In this document: piece after piece, positions 13,901-28,272 of the stretch
Layout: every line of letters begins with the position of its first letter
How positions within the stretch are numbered: the stretch's first letter is position 1
NCBI RefSeq assembly: GCF_009914755.1
Contig: NC_060930.1
DNA from: the human T2T-CHM13v2.0 reference genome, Homo sapiens
Length of the DNA: 64,000 nt
Reading direction: 5' to 3' (one strand)
The notes under the pieces: generated by a model
The model's database searches: none
What the model was told of the DNA's origin: nothing
Seen by the model: only the letters and a program-made list of their open reading frames with translations
Translations under genes and position numbers: made by a program

Positions 13901-15519
13901 ATTCTTCAGCTATTCCTCATGTGACCGATAGAGGTCCCACACCTTGTCCTGTCTTCTCCAGTGCTCTAGCCTGATGCTGCCTCTTGAGAACACAATCCGC
14001 TAGCTATGCCTGACCAGGTCAGTAGGGGTCTACTAATATTCTGTTAATATATCCCAAGTTTGTGTTAACTTTTTGTTATCCCATCACACTGTGGCTGTCA
14101 GTCCATGAAAAACTCTGCTCTTGGAGCAGGCTCCCCCATCCTGTCTTGTAGTTGACAAAATGCAGCACTGTACTTTTGCTCTTATTTCATTTCATCATGT
14201 TGCTTTCACCTCCTCTTTCCATCCTGTAGGGTTATTTTGTAGTTCTGATTCTTCTTCTGTTGTGTTGGGTTATTCCTCACAACTTTGTCTCATCTTGAAG
14301 CTTGGAAAGGTCCCTTCTAATCCTTCAAGACTTTGGTGAAGATGCTGGACAGAAATAAGACTATTGTGCCCTGGATTATGCCACCATATAACTCTGTCTA
14401 AACTGACCACAATCTATATATTAATGACCACTTTCTGGCAGGCTTTTTAACTAGCTATAAATCACTTAGAGATAAGGCATATATCTTGCTGAGGTCCAGA
14501 TATGCAATAGACAGATGAGCTGCCTTCTAATCTATTGCTTTAGTAATTCTAGGAGACAGTTTTTTAGTGAGCCCATTCTGCTTTCTGATAGTCACTGTGG
14601 GATGAAGTGTGAGAAGTTCTTTGCACACTGGCTATTGAAAGTGTTTTTAGTGGGCTGCAAGCAAGTCAACACCAACAGTGGCTCCAAAACAACTTAGTTT
14701 CAGCAACTTAGATTTTACCAATAGCAATGCTGTTTTCAGAATAAGATAAATGGAATAAGGGAATGTAAAACCTAGTGTATTTTGTGTCGTAAACTTTAAA
14801 GGCATTATCTTCAAGTAATTTAACAGCTGTCATGTGGAGTAGTAATCCCAGAGAGCAAAACTAAGATTAGTAGTGATTGGAGTTATAGGGAGGCATATTT
14901 TACTTAATCTAAGGAAAAACTTTTTAGACCCTGCTCCATCAAGAAGCAGCCCCTTGAGTACTAGTTACCTACATTTTTGCCATGTTGTGGGATGTCATTT
15001 ATCTTGGAGCAGAGACTTGAATTCATCTAAAGCAGCACACTGCTCTCCCTTATCTCCTCACTTCTCTTGGGCCTTAATTTCCTCTTATGCACGTTTGTTC
15101 TGCTCTTTCTATGTAAGATCATCCTTTTTGATAGGGAAGATTAAATCAAAATAGGGTTCGGTAATTTTCCTTTCTAACTTTCATTAATAAAAATTATGCC
15201 TATTGTTCTTGAACTTTGGCACATAATCACATCACCTGGGGAGCTTGTTAAACATACAGATGCCCAGGTTCTACCGCTGAATTAGAAGGTGTGAGGTGGA
15301 GCCGGCCCAAATCACTCCCAGCTGTAGGCCCAAGGCAGGCCTATTACTCAAGGCTCACCTTACCCATCCAGAACTCATCCTGATCCAGCCTGAGGCCATC
15401 TCAGGAGCCTCGCCCCCGTGATCAGCTGATGTGTGGAGGCAGCTAAGAGCCCGAAGCCTGAGTGCAGCCCCTGGACTCCACCCCTGTGTCCATTCCAGCT
15501 GTTGTTTTCTCTCCACACC

Positions 15520-16190
15520 CTTTCCTGCACGCCTGGTCCTAGACTGGACTTCTGCCCTGTTTCTTTTAGGATGCTGCCAGAGGGAGATTTTAAAAATGCA
15601 TGTCTGATTATGTCACTCTATACCTAAACATCTTCTAAGGTGACCTATTGCATTTAGGATAAAGATTAAAATGTCTAGCATGGCCCAGCAGGGTCAGCAC
15701 AGCCTGGCTCCTCCCTGCCTGCTCTCCATTCTCATCTCACAATATTTTGAAACTTTTTCACAATGTTCTAAACACAGGCCTTCTATCAAGTACATAAAAA
15801 AATGATATTGCCTTCTTCCCAGGAACTGGACACGGGCCTAAAGCCCTCTTAACCTCCCTTACTCATCTTCTAGACTTATGCTTGTCATTCAGGTCTTGGC
15901 TTGATCTTTACTACCTTAGAGAAGCTTTCCCTGATGCTCAATGTGGTTGGAGTTCCCATTTTATGGTACCATGAACATCTCTTTTTCAGCATTTACCATA
16001 GTTATATGATTATTTGATTAATGCCTGTCTCTCCTACCCAACTGTAAAACTCCATGGGACCAGGGATTAGGTCATAAAACTCCATAGCACCAGGGATTAG
16101 GTCTATTTTTATTCAACATTAATATTCCAAGTGCCTACACAATACCAGAGTAGATACCTGATACATATTTTTTTGAATGAATGAATGAGA
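15520..16190 (+). mobile_element. L2 3' fragment with an internal 30-bp tandem duplication
   Basis: Ends catattttttgaatgaatgaatga (L2 tail). Duplication at 16045-16104. Confidence 0.7.
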
Positions 16191-19100
16191 GACAATTACT
16201 AGAACGATGGATATAATCATCCATGTGACATCAGGTATCACCATGCCTGGGGACCTTCTGTAATACCCCGACTGCCCATATCTGATTTCCTGGATGTTGA
16301 CATCAGCCTGATTTGAACCTGAATTTACCACACCCAGTTCAATACTATGATTCGAACTAAGGGCCACTCTCCCTTGCCAGCATCACATCTCAGTGGCATT
16401 TCAAGTTCTTGTCCCACCCTTTTGTATCTCATTTCTCTCCCTCTTCTAGCTTTGCCGTTGAGATTCAGGATATGCCAAGGCTGAGAGGCCAGGACAGGTA
16501 TGACATGTGATATAGCCTCTTTCTTCTTCTATTAGATTTTTTTAAAACAAGAAATGCCTGTCCTTTTCTGTAAGACAGTTATGATCCCTATCTAGCAAAA
16601 GTTGGTGATACATAAGAGTGCTTCTCATCACCTTGTCTTAACAATGCAACTTCCTTCTGGTTTTTCTTTTAACATTTTATTACAGGATATGATATCTTAG
16701 GCCATACATATCGTTTTTCATTCTCTTCTCTGCTTATTGTCTTCTAAGTTTACTAATTCTCTCTTCTCCCATTGTTTGTGTTGTAATATAACCTATGGTC
16801 ATGCCTGGTGTACCCTACATAGCCTCCAGTTTTAACCAGTTTGCTGCTTTTTTTTCTCAGATTTCATTTTTAGACTCTGTCACTCGGGTCTGTCTCCTGC
16901 TGGATGATTCTGGTAGCCACCAGATCAGTTGGAGAAGGCCCTTGGTGGGGACAAGGGGGGTCCGCACCTTGCTCTTGGGGCTTCTCAGCAGACATGAGCC
17001 AGATGCTCTGTGATGGGAGGCGCTGCATTGTCAGCTACCTTTCATAGCCACCCCAAGTCAGCTCTGCATGGCTTCAGTCATTTCTGATGCAGTTACAGTC
17101 TCCAGAAAGGACTGAGGGTTGGGAGCTCACTCTTCTGAGTGGTTAGCATCATAGCATTTTGTATCTGGAAAACATCTTAGAGATAACCCACCCATTCCCA
17201 TGTTACAGGTGAAAACAGTGAGACTCAGAGGCCATAAATTATTCGTCCAAGCCTGCACAGTTAGTGCCAGAGCCTCCAGTCTAGGGCTCTTCCTATGCTT
17301 GGAGGAGGCCATTTGTTTGTAAACAGTTTCCTGTTAGTCAAGAGAACCAGAAATGAGTGAAGAAAGCTCATTCTAAAATTCCAGTCTTGCTGACAGGGTT
17401 ATTAGAAAAGACATAGAATTTAACATTTCATATTTAGTGTAGATTGTTTTGAAATGGGAATCTCTGTATGTATGAATGTGTATATGTATAAGTGTGAGTA
17501 TGTCTGTATTATGAATGACAGTAATATGACAGAAATAGTTTAAGATAGGAAATGGCAAATCTGCTCCTCTGTGTTAGGATGATTGACCCTGGTAGCAATT
17601 AAGAGGCATAGTTCTAAGCCAGTAGACTCTGTATATCATTTTTGACACCCCAGTTTTCTCAAGAAATATTTGAGGTTTACACAGCCTGATTTGAGTACTG
17701 TTTAGGGGGAAAATGGGTGGAGAATAAGGGGTGGGATTGTGGGGATCTTTGATTATACCTTGTTGCCCCAATACGGCAGGTACTCCCTGCAGACAGCTTT
17801 GGCAGAATCACTGGCTGCCATGGTGTCCTGTTACACAGAAGCCTGCTGGCCGCAGGAACAGGAAATAGCCTTTTGTATGCGGGTTCAGGCTTTGCTCCCA
17901 TTGACTTGTTTCCTCCCGTCTGCATCAAGTTCAGCACCCTGTCCCTGGTGTGCCTTGTTGTGAGCAATTCCTAGGAAAGCAGATCCTCCTTCACACCCAC
18001 ACATGTTTAACCAAAGTGTTTACAAAAGGAGCCTTGCTAATAGCAGCTGCCTTGTTTCCAGCATACCTTTGGGCTTTCAGAAAGCTCTCTGCCTGCTCTG
18101 CTGCCCCCACTCAAACTTACTCATTCAGAAGAGAATTGGATATGTTTTCCCGGAGTCAGTTCATTTTCCTGGGATGCCTTTTTTTTTTTTTTTTCTTTTC
18201 TGCCTTCCTCCCTTCTCAATATAACTCCAAGTGTTTAGGGTTCAATTATGCAGATGCGAAATTTGGCTTTTTAGTCATTTGAAAGTATGGAGACTCCTAG
18301 AGCTCATGACTCTTCTATATCACTGTAGGAAGTGCATAGCCACCCCCTTTTTGTTCCCCATACCAGTGATTGTACTTCAGAAGCTGTGGTCCTGCTCAAA
18401 AAAGACTGTTTGCTTTCCTCATCTCCACAGGTTTACATAAAGGGTTGTCTCCATTTTTGCCTGATGAAAGGCAACTTGAGACAGAGGAACCACCCCTCTC
18501 CCAACTAGCATTTTTGAGCACCCCCTGGGTACGGTTTTGCCTTCTGTGCTTTTATGTTTTGTGGTTTATAGGATGGAAAGCAGATGCAACCACTCTCCAA
18601 GAAGTCTAAGCTGAAGGAACACCACCCTAGAAGGAGAACTTATAAAATCGATTCTGACATTGGTGCTCCATGGTTCCTTTCCATCTTTAGAGCGTTTTTA
18701 AAAACACAATTCCATGCTTGTGACAGACTTTGCCTCGGTTGAAACACATGCTGAAGGGATTCCTTATGACAGATGACTGGTTCCTTTTTACGGCTTTCAG
18801 TGGCTTCTACCTTAGACAGAAAAAGAGAAATTAACCTGAACTCTTAATAGCTAGATTTGGTCTACTCTCACGGAGGAAACCATGATTGCTTCTGAAAATG
18901 TGTTGTTGCAGATCTGAGGGGTCCAATAAATAGCCTTCCCTTTATTCCTGGTGGTGGTTCTTAGTGTGCTTTCTCGGCCCTGGGGACCCCTTTCTTCCTG
19001 GGTTCATCCTCAGGGCCCGCAGGAGCAGCCCTGGTCCTCTGCTTTGTTCTCTTCTCTCGCATGTAGTCATTTTGATCAATCACATCCTGTCTGTGAGTAC

Positions 19101-19476
19101 AGCAGACCCATCAGATAGGAAAGACCTGATTTTCTCTCTCAAGTTTATGTTACAGGTCAGATTTGATTACCACTTCCCTCTAAGACCCCCTATTTTAGGT
19201 GGCAGGAGAGAAGTTGGTGGAGAAATAAGAGTGGAGTCATCTTTAGTGATACGTAGTGCCTCAGATTTCCCAAGCACTCAAGAGTGAGTGCATAAAAACC
19301 CAACACCAGAGGGTTGTTCATATATCATATCCATATAAAAACATGTCAATTTGTTGAATTTCTCTAATATAGTAATTAAAATAATATTGATACTGTTTCT
19401 GAAGATTGCCATATAAAAAGAATGAATTATAGTTTTTAAAAAAACATAAAAATATTTAAAGTTCAACAACAGTTTT

Positions 19477-19772
19477 GTTGTTGTTGTTGTTGAGACAAAG
19501 TCTCGCTCTGTCGCCCAGGCTGGAGTACAGTGGCGTGACTCAGTGCCTCCCAGGCTCAAATGATCCTCCCTCCTCAGCCTCTAGAGTAGCTGGGACCACA
19601 GGCATGTTTCACTGCACCCGGATAATTTTTGTATTTTTTTGTAGAGGTGGGGTTTCACCGTCTCTACAAAAGCCTGTTACCCAGGCTGGTCTCCAACTCC
19701 TGGGCTCAAGTGATCCACCCAACTTGGCCTTCCAAAGTACTGAGATTCCAGGCCTGAGCCACCGTGCCTGGC
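19477..19772 (-). mobile_element. AluJ with (TTG)n tail
   Basis: Diverged Alu sequence. TSD aacagtttt at 19468-19476 and 19773-19781. Confidence 0.93.
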
Positions 19773-20709
19773 AACAGTTTTCTTTCCTTTTTTTTTTTTT
19801 GGAAACTTTCTGTGACATAGCATTGATTTAGCCCCCGAAAACTTGTAGGTAGTTCATGGCTTTGAGGTGACACTCTGGCTGACCTATAACTGCAGTCAGC
19901 CAGGGTGTCACCTTAAGGCCATGATTAAAAGTCAAGGATATTTGTGTTTATGCTGGAGTGTTAGGACATGGTTCTTCCCTCCATGTTTCTGTAGATTTGA
20001 AAAGACACACCATCCAATATAACTCTGGGTGAGGCAGGGTGACGGATGGATTATCCTTGCTCTGTGGGACCTGAGGCTGAGATAAAGACAGTTTCTTGTT
20101 TGTCGTTAATTAGTAGGTTTGTCTCAGAGCTAGGCCTTGTATCTTTCCTATTAGTAACTTTAGGATTGACTGATGATGCCTGAAAAACATCTATCACCTG
20201 TTCTGACTCATCCAATTTGAGAGTAAATCTCAGAAGTCTCAGGTTTCTTCAGGAAGTTGAGTTCAGAAATTGTTTATGAGATCAGGTTAAGGTGACTTTC
20301 CTCTACTATAAGCACTAATAATTGTCCATAAAAAGCAAATATGTTGTAATCATGTATTTATGACAGGATTATATTTTCTTGGTGATTGCGCATTTAGGAA
20401 GTGAAGACATTTTACAGCCATTTTTTTCCCCACTAAAAGATTGAAAAGGTTAAAGTGTACAGTATTTGAAAATACACTTAAAAAATTAGGATTTCTCTGG
20501 GAAGAAACCAAAACTTAAGAAAGAACATGATTAAGGTTAAGCCATTGTAAAAGGATATCAACGTGACTAACACGGACATATATGCTCCAAATTGTGAACT
20601 ACACGGTACAGGAAGCTCTCCTAAAAATTGTACTCTGCCAGAAAAAGAGGTCAAGGGCTAGAAACAAATATAAAATGAAGGTTCAGTAAGATAGAGTCTT
20701 TAACTGTGG

Positions 20710-20890
20710 GAAACATTTATCAGGTTCTTTCCATATGCTAAACTCTATATTATATTATCTCATTTAATCATCAGACAACTTTATGAAGGAGATATTCTTA
20801 TTTACTCCCATTTTATAGATGAGGAAACTTTAATCTTAGATACGTAATTTGTCCAATCACACAGTCTGGAAATGGTGGAGCTTGGATTGG
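20710..20890 (-). mobile_element. MIR
   Basis: cccattttatagatgaggaaact core. Confidence 0.7.
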
Positions 20891-20956
20891 TAATCACTCA
20901 TTCACAAGGTATTAGAGAAGGCATGGGGGTGTTTGGAGACCATGGCTTTTGTTTAA

Positions 20957-21388
<432 letters not shown>

Positions 21389-21879
21389 TAGACTCTTAGG
21401 ACAGTGACCTTGAAAGAGACTGGCTTGACTCTAGCCTATCCTCTGAGAGACAAAAAGACAAAGATAGATCTTCTGACTTGTTTAGGGATCTTGAGAACTT
21501 ACTTTTCCTAATCTTGGATATTTGGAAAGGCCTCCACTAAAAGCAAAACTATCCTTTAACAGACTTTTCTAGTATATATTCTGGCAGTCAGGATGTAAAA
21601 CCTAAAACCTCACGATATAAACCTCTTTGGTAGCTTAAAGAGAAATTAGAGAATTACTAATTATGACTTAATTTTAATATTTTATTATTCACTCAAGCCA
21701 CCCTGAAAGGTTCATTCAATAGTTGTTTATTGAGTACTATGTGCAAGGCATTATACTTAGTTATGCTGAATCTGATCTTGGAAGTCTTTAAGAATAACAA
21801 CATGAGACAAACCCAGCTACCCTAGATAGCATAGAGTCATATTTTAATATTTATTTTTAATAATGATGATTTTCCATTT

Positions 21880-22530
21880 ACCATATATTATTTAATCTTC
21901 AGTCTGAGGATTCAACTCTTTGAGATAGTATTATCATCTCCATTTTGCAGATGAGGAAATTAAAGCTCAGTAACATTGAGAAACACAGCCCAGGTCACAA
22001 GGCTCAGGCAGGGCCTTCACCATGTGAGCTCCTAAAGAGAGTCAAAATAGTTTTTCTGTAGTACTTTATAGTTATCAAAATGCTTTTACTTGCATTATCT
22101 CATTTTCCAAAAATGAGAGTATTTATTATTGTATTCATTATATAGATAGCTCTTGTATTTATTATATACTTAATATGTGCTAAGAGTGCCAGGTACCATA
22201 TTAGACATGGCCTAGTTCATGTAATCCTCACAAAAACCCTAATAAGTATCATTATTCCCATTTTATAGATGAGCCACCAAGGCCTAAAAGTTTAAGTGAT
22301 ATGCTCAGCACAGCAGGGAGGTTTAACTGAAGCCTAGGTTTGTCTGCACAGCCAGGATGTGTGACCACTTTACTATATTCACTTTTCTGTATTATGCTGC
22401 CTCATTTTCCAGATGAGGAAACTGAGATTCAGAGTTAGCTAACCCAGATGAGGTCATACAGCTTATCAATAGCGGAGCTGGCACGCCAACTCAGATCCTC
22501 TCACTAGAAAGCCCACTTGTTTCCCACTGT
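21880..22530 (-). mobile_element. Cluster of at least three antisense MIR relics
   Basis: MIR cores at about 21941 (cattttgcagatgaggaaat), 22259 (cattttatagatgag) and 22403 (cattttccagatgaggaaactgag). Confidence 0.7.
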
Positions 22531-23689
22531 ACTGAGCCGCCTTTCTGCACAAGGAGAACTGTATCTTACATCCAGGTTGAGTACCCTAATTCCTTTTCGT
22601 CATTTTTTACATTTCTTTGTATTTGTTCTTGTTTTTAGGCAGGGGGCCCTAGACGGATGACTTGTTGCAGGAGAGGAATGGTATAGGTTAAACTGCTTGC
22701 TCAGGAAGTCATCTGGGGAAGTTAGATGAGAACTCAAATCCAAATTTGAGTCCTGTGTACCCAACTTATTTAGCTATGTGGTTCTCAACCTCTTTGTCTT
22801 TTGAAAATGTTGCTTGAGAGAAGGACTTGCCCTTGCGAGACTGCTTTCCTGTGCTGTAAGGAATGAATCTTTTTCCATCTGAAGATCATTTACCGTTTCT
22901 CTGAATACTGAATTACATTAATGGTGTAAGGCAAGGAAGTATGTCAATATCAGATATATAACAAGGACCAGTCACTCAGATTTGAAATGTTGCCAATCTC
23001 TACAATCTCGGCCTTGAGAATTTTAAGGCACAGAAGCCCGTTACTTTAATGATCAATTATCCTTTAGATTTCTGAAGGAAAAGTTTGTTAACCACTTATA
23101 GTACTGCTTTTTTATTCAAATTGCAAACTCAGGTAAATGTTCTTTAAAATTGAATTGGATGACATTTTTCTGTATATGTCAATGTCAGTAAACATCCGAT
23201 AAATATCCAGGTGTGTTTAATTATTTTGACTCAAGGAAGTATGTCCTATTTAAACAATCTTTAAATAAATTGTTTCTGAATTGAACAAATAAACAAGAAA
23301 TAGCTGAACTAAACTGCTGTGACTGTATAGAAAAACTGAGAGGTTTTAACGGAGGAATGATCTAAAAATCCGCATCTTATTATACTCATTTTTACTTTTA
23401 GAGATAAACCTGAATTAACTGTTCAAGTATATTAATAGTTTTTATTTTCAAAGAATAATAGGTGATGTGTAGGGATAATTTGAAACCTATTCCAAGTGTA
23501 TTAACTCCAGTTCAGATATGTTTGAAACATGGAACTTACCCTATGTCACCCAGAGTTTTTTTTTTAATATATATATGTATATAAAATAATTAATGCCTAT
23601 TAAGTCTATTTTGTGCTAGTTTTCTCTTAATCGTTTTCTCCTGTAATTTTCATATCCTTATGATTCAGGTATTATTGCTGCCCCTCCTT

Positions 23690-23820
23690 CCTCACCTTTT
23701 ACAGATGAGGAAACTGAGGCTCAGAGTGACTGAGTAATTAAGCCAAGGTTACACAGAAAGAAGAAGTCTCAGAACTTGGACCTAATTCTGAACATTCCAA
23801 AGTCCGTGCATATTCTAAGA
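23690..23820 (-). mobile_element. MIR
   Basis: ttttacagatgaggaaactgaggctcagag...ccaaggttacacag. Confidence 0.8.
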
Positions 23821-25038
23821 TACCAAGCTATCTTGTGAACAGCCTGGTCTATTAGAATTTTAAAAATTAACATAATTTAAAAATTAGCATAAAAACGTGT
23901 TAAGAGAAATTTGGTTATGATTTTGTTTGATTAGCCCTCAAGTAAGAGCAAAAGAGTTTGAAATACATACTTTTTTTGCTTTGGAAACATACAGCACATT
24001 TACCTTTTTTTCTGTATATAAGCAGAAGGTCTTTTAATAAATCTATGTGGCCTTGAGTTTGTACCTCCAAGAAACTCCTAGAGATACATCAAAAAATATT
24101 GTTAATGTTCAGCAATTAAACCTAAACAGCTGACTGCCCATTAGTTTTATTATTACAATGACTGTAGGTAACACTAGGCCAAATTCCAGACATGTGACTT
24201 CTTCTAAACAGATTCCAGTAGGATTAAAAACATTTCCCCGTTCTCCTGTTTTGGGGCATTTTCTTACTGTCAGAAACTATGGTGCTTAACATTGAAACTG
24301 GCTGGTGATGAAACTTTTCAGTTCTTAATGGTAGTTGACTTTGAAATTAAATTTTTGTCTTTTTCTTCCGGGTTATTTTCTGTTTTAGCTTTAGCATGAG
24401 AGTAACGTAACTGGCTTCCCTCCTTCCTGTTCATCTTACGTGCTGCCCCTCCATTCTCATTCCTGCCCTTATTCCCTTCACCCCATGCTAGAAAGGGCCA
24501 TTCCATTGACCTGCCTGAAAAGAAAGTGCCCTGAGATGAAATCATGGAATCATGCACTTTAAAACCAAAAAGCATGTCTGAAAGATAGTAAGTAGCTGGA
24601 TATGCAGCAGCGAAAGGCACAGTCTACATAGTCTTTAACCAAGTTAATTGTTCAGAAAATATTCTAACTTAGAAAAAGTTATCCATGTTCACTGGAGGAA
24701 TTTTAGAGATACAGAAAATAAATATAATTCCACTTTGTAAAGATAACCAAAGCAGATTGTTTTCTAAATGACTATTAGACTTTCGAAATTGAAATATTTG
24801 GAAGAGAGAGACAAATAGTCTTTATGCATCATCCATTTTGTTGCTTTCATTGAGACTCAAAGTCTAGAACGCTTTGTGCTATTTAAGGCCTGAAAGGATG
24901 GGGTTATAAGAGATAAATAGCCATTCCTTATATATTATATATATATAAGCCATTTTTTTTTCTCTCCCTGTTTTTCTGCTTTTTCCTTTCTGAGTTTTGG
25001 GTTGCATGTTTCTAAGGCTGCAATGGTTGCTATACTAA

Positions 25039-25314
<276 letters not shown>

Positions 25315-28059
25315 TGACTCTCTATTAGAGGCATGTGGGCAAGGGAATGACAACTGGCAAATTAAATCTTCTGAATTATGGGGTTATCAAACACTGGAAC
25401 ATTTTAAGTCAAGAGACTGAAAATCCGCTAGAGATGGCATACTTTTAACATGGTATTTAATGCCGCCCAGTTAGTGTCCTGCTGAATTGTATCCCATTTG
25501 GTGGGCACTGTCTCATAACTAGGGCCTTTTCCTGAGGGTATTATGCCAGGATTTCCTCTGCTTGTGTTCCTTTCTTTTCGTAACATCTGCCTATAAACAA
25601 GATTGATGGCACAGCCCTCCATTCCTAAAGGCTTATAAGTCCCAGGAGTCCAAGCTAGTCAGTTCCAAGAGAGAGCACCTGCAAACTTAGGATCTTTGTC
25701 AGAAACTAGTCATTTGAAGTGCTGTGAGGCCTGGAAGAATCTTAAAAGACAATGCGTGGCCTCTGAGTGGCTAACTCAAGAAGGAGGCAGACTTTCTGTG
25801 AAACATAATGCATGCTGCTGTCACTTGCAGCCCGGCAGCCCAGTGCTCACAATTCCTCTGTTCCAAAGGCACCACAGAAATGTGTGGCCCATGGGGAGAG
25901 TGTGTGTGACAGATGACCTGGCTGCCCCTCTATCCTGGAGAATTCATCACAGAGAGCCAGAAAGTGTTCACAAAAACTCCAAACTGACAAGTAGAGAAAA
26001 GTTAAAGGCCCTTAGCTGACTATATGAGTCCCATGAATAAGAAAAGAAACCTCTTGGTCCACCCTGACATATGAACTGCAAACATTGTCCCCACTCAATG
26101 ACGTACGTCCACAGAGGCACACACCCCATTGGATCCCACGTTTGCCAGATACTCTTCTCAGCGTTCGGGCCCCTGCACCTGTTTGACTCCTGGCCAGGTT
26201 AATGCCTTTCTTTCTTTCTCTTTGTGTTTCTGTCTCTGTTTCTCTCCCTCTCTCATTTTCTGCAAAGCTCGAAGCCGTTACTCACTCCGCTGAGTTGCAT
26301 CACTGACAAGCTGAAGCTCCACCAGCAGGCTTGCGGGTTTTGATTAGTTCAGACTCCTTTATTTCTTTCAACTTGGGAGGAGGGAAGGCTTTGTTTCTCA
26401 AGCAAATAGCAGGAAAGGGCTCTCTGGTCCTAGTGCCTCACATTTTCTGCAGCAGATGGACTCCCATGGGGGTGAGTAGGGAAAGAAGAGGGGTGGAGGG
26501 AGAATTGCAAGGTTTTTTGGAAAACCATGTTACCACTTTTCATTATGACTCCTGTTATCATTTTTACGAATCACATAGTATGTATTGGGGAATTGTATAG
26601 AGTATAGAATTTTAGTTATCATTTCCCTTGCCTGGGATCACCGTCGCCTTCAGGCAAACATTAATTAAAGGTACGGGAAAGGATGAGTAAGGCACAGTGG
26701 GGATAACGAAGGCTGATGCGGGATTAAAAGCATAATGTTGATGGTGTTGAGTTAGTTCTGGTTATTCCTTCTGCATTTCATACTGAGAGGCTGTTTTGTT
26801 TTACATAGGGCCGAAAGGACACTTTGACAGAATAGACTTATGCAAACTTGCTTCTGTTTGGGGTCCCCTGGGGCTTCCATCTGCCCAACCCACTGTGGCT
26901 GAAGCAGATTTTGCTGTTTTTTTCTCTAGCAGTACCTACAAGAAAAAAACCTCAGGGAGTGATGGTAGCATTAGAGACACTTAACTACAGCAGTTTCCTA
27001 CTGAGGTATATTCCTGTGAGTTCACCAGGAAAGCCATTGAAAATAACATTGGAAAAATGCTGCATAAATGAGTAGTCGTCATTGTTTATCATGTACATGT
27101 GTAACGGAAAACAGCCAGATTATTTCAAGTTACTTTACTGAGGGTTACTTAAAACATTTCCACAAAACAGTACCTTTCCCATTTCACAGGTAGGGAGGCA
27201 GGAGCAGAAACTGGTTAATTTTCCAGCCATGTATCTATCTTAGGCCACAGGTAGGAGTGAGCCTCTGGTTTAAACTGGTTTATACTGAGTTTAGTCCAGT
27301 TTTTTCCTCCAACCCTTAACATTTCTGGAGTTGTCACTGGTAAAGTAACATGGTGCCAGGGTGGGAGGTTCTGTATAAACAGTAAAGAGAACAGAAAATC
27401 CCTCTTGTCAGCATGTAGGTAGGGAAACAGGAAGAAACAACTAGACATGGACTGTCAGGGAACTGGAGGAGCCGTGACTCACCTGACCTTGCCCTGGGCT
27501 GCGGGGCTGTGCCTGCACACCCAAGCACTGCCTGGTGGACTCAAGGACCATGTCATCGGAGTGTGCACCATTTCTAATTCCCTGGGGACTAGTCCTGGGA
27601 GCCTTCTTGGGGGAGCCTGTCTCATAGGTTCCCAGGTACCAAGTTAGACAATTTATATCTTATGATTCCTCTCAACATCTAAACCCAATGTCTAAGTCCA
27701 TGACCTAGAGGCTCCTACATGTGAGACTTAAGCATGAGGGGTTTTTTAATTTGGGTTTTTTTTTTTTTTGTTTGTGTGCTTTAGTAAATAAAGTCCTTTG
27801 GATTGAGTCCATTCCTGTGCCTTTAGTCTTCATAATGCTCTGTGCCAAATAATGCTGTTTCCACATAACGCGGACAGCTAAAAATACTAACCTCTATCCC
27901 TGTTTACAGGCAGTCCTGTGGTCTCTTTTTGAAATGCTTTCCAGAACAGTTTATGTTTTTGTGTGCATTGATCAATTTTCATCTCCATATCTAAAGGGAT
28001 ACACAAAATATTCTCATATGATTTTGGGTGAGAAAGAATAAAATTCTTCACTTCACAGT

Positions 28060-28272
28060 AGGATTGGATGTTCGGACCCAGGTTTTTATCCCAGCTCATA
28101 CATATATCAGGCAACTTCTTACTTCTCTGAAACTTAGTTTTATTATTTGTAAAATAGGCATACAATATTCATCTTCAGGGTTGGTGTGAGGATTAAGTGA
28201 GATACTTCATATAAAGTGTTTAGAACTGGCCTGGCACATGATATGTGCCAAATAGATTGTAGCTGATATTAT
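28060..28272 (+). mobile_element. MIR
   Basis: tgtaaaatagg...gggttggtgtgaggattaagtgagata...aaagtgtttagaactggcctggcacat. Confidence 0.75.

Noticed and set aside
14140-14400. Possible CR1/L3 relics here and at ~34500-34920
   Set aside because: Resemblance is too weak to call by eye. Needs a Dfam HMM search.
17574-18609. Dense cluster of overlapping short ORFs on both strands
   Set aside because: No homology, low-complexity composition and alternative start codons. Consistent with random intronic ORFs.
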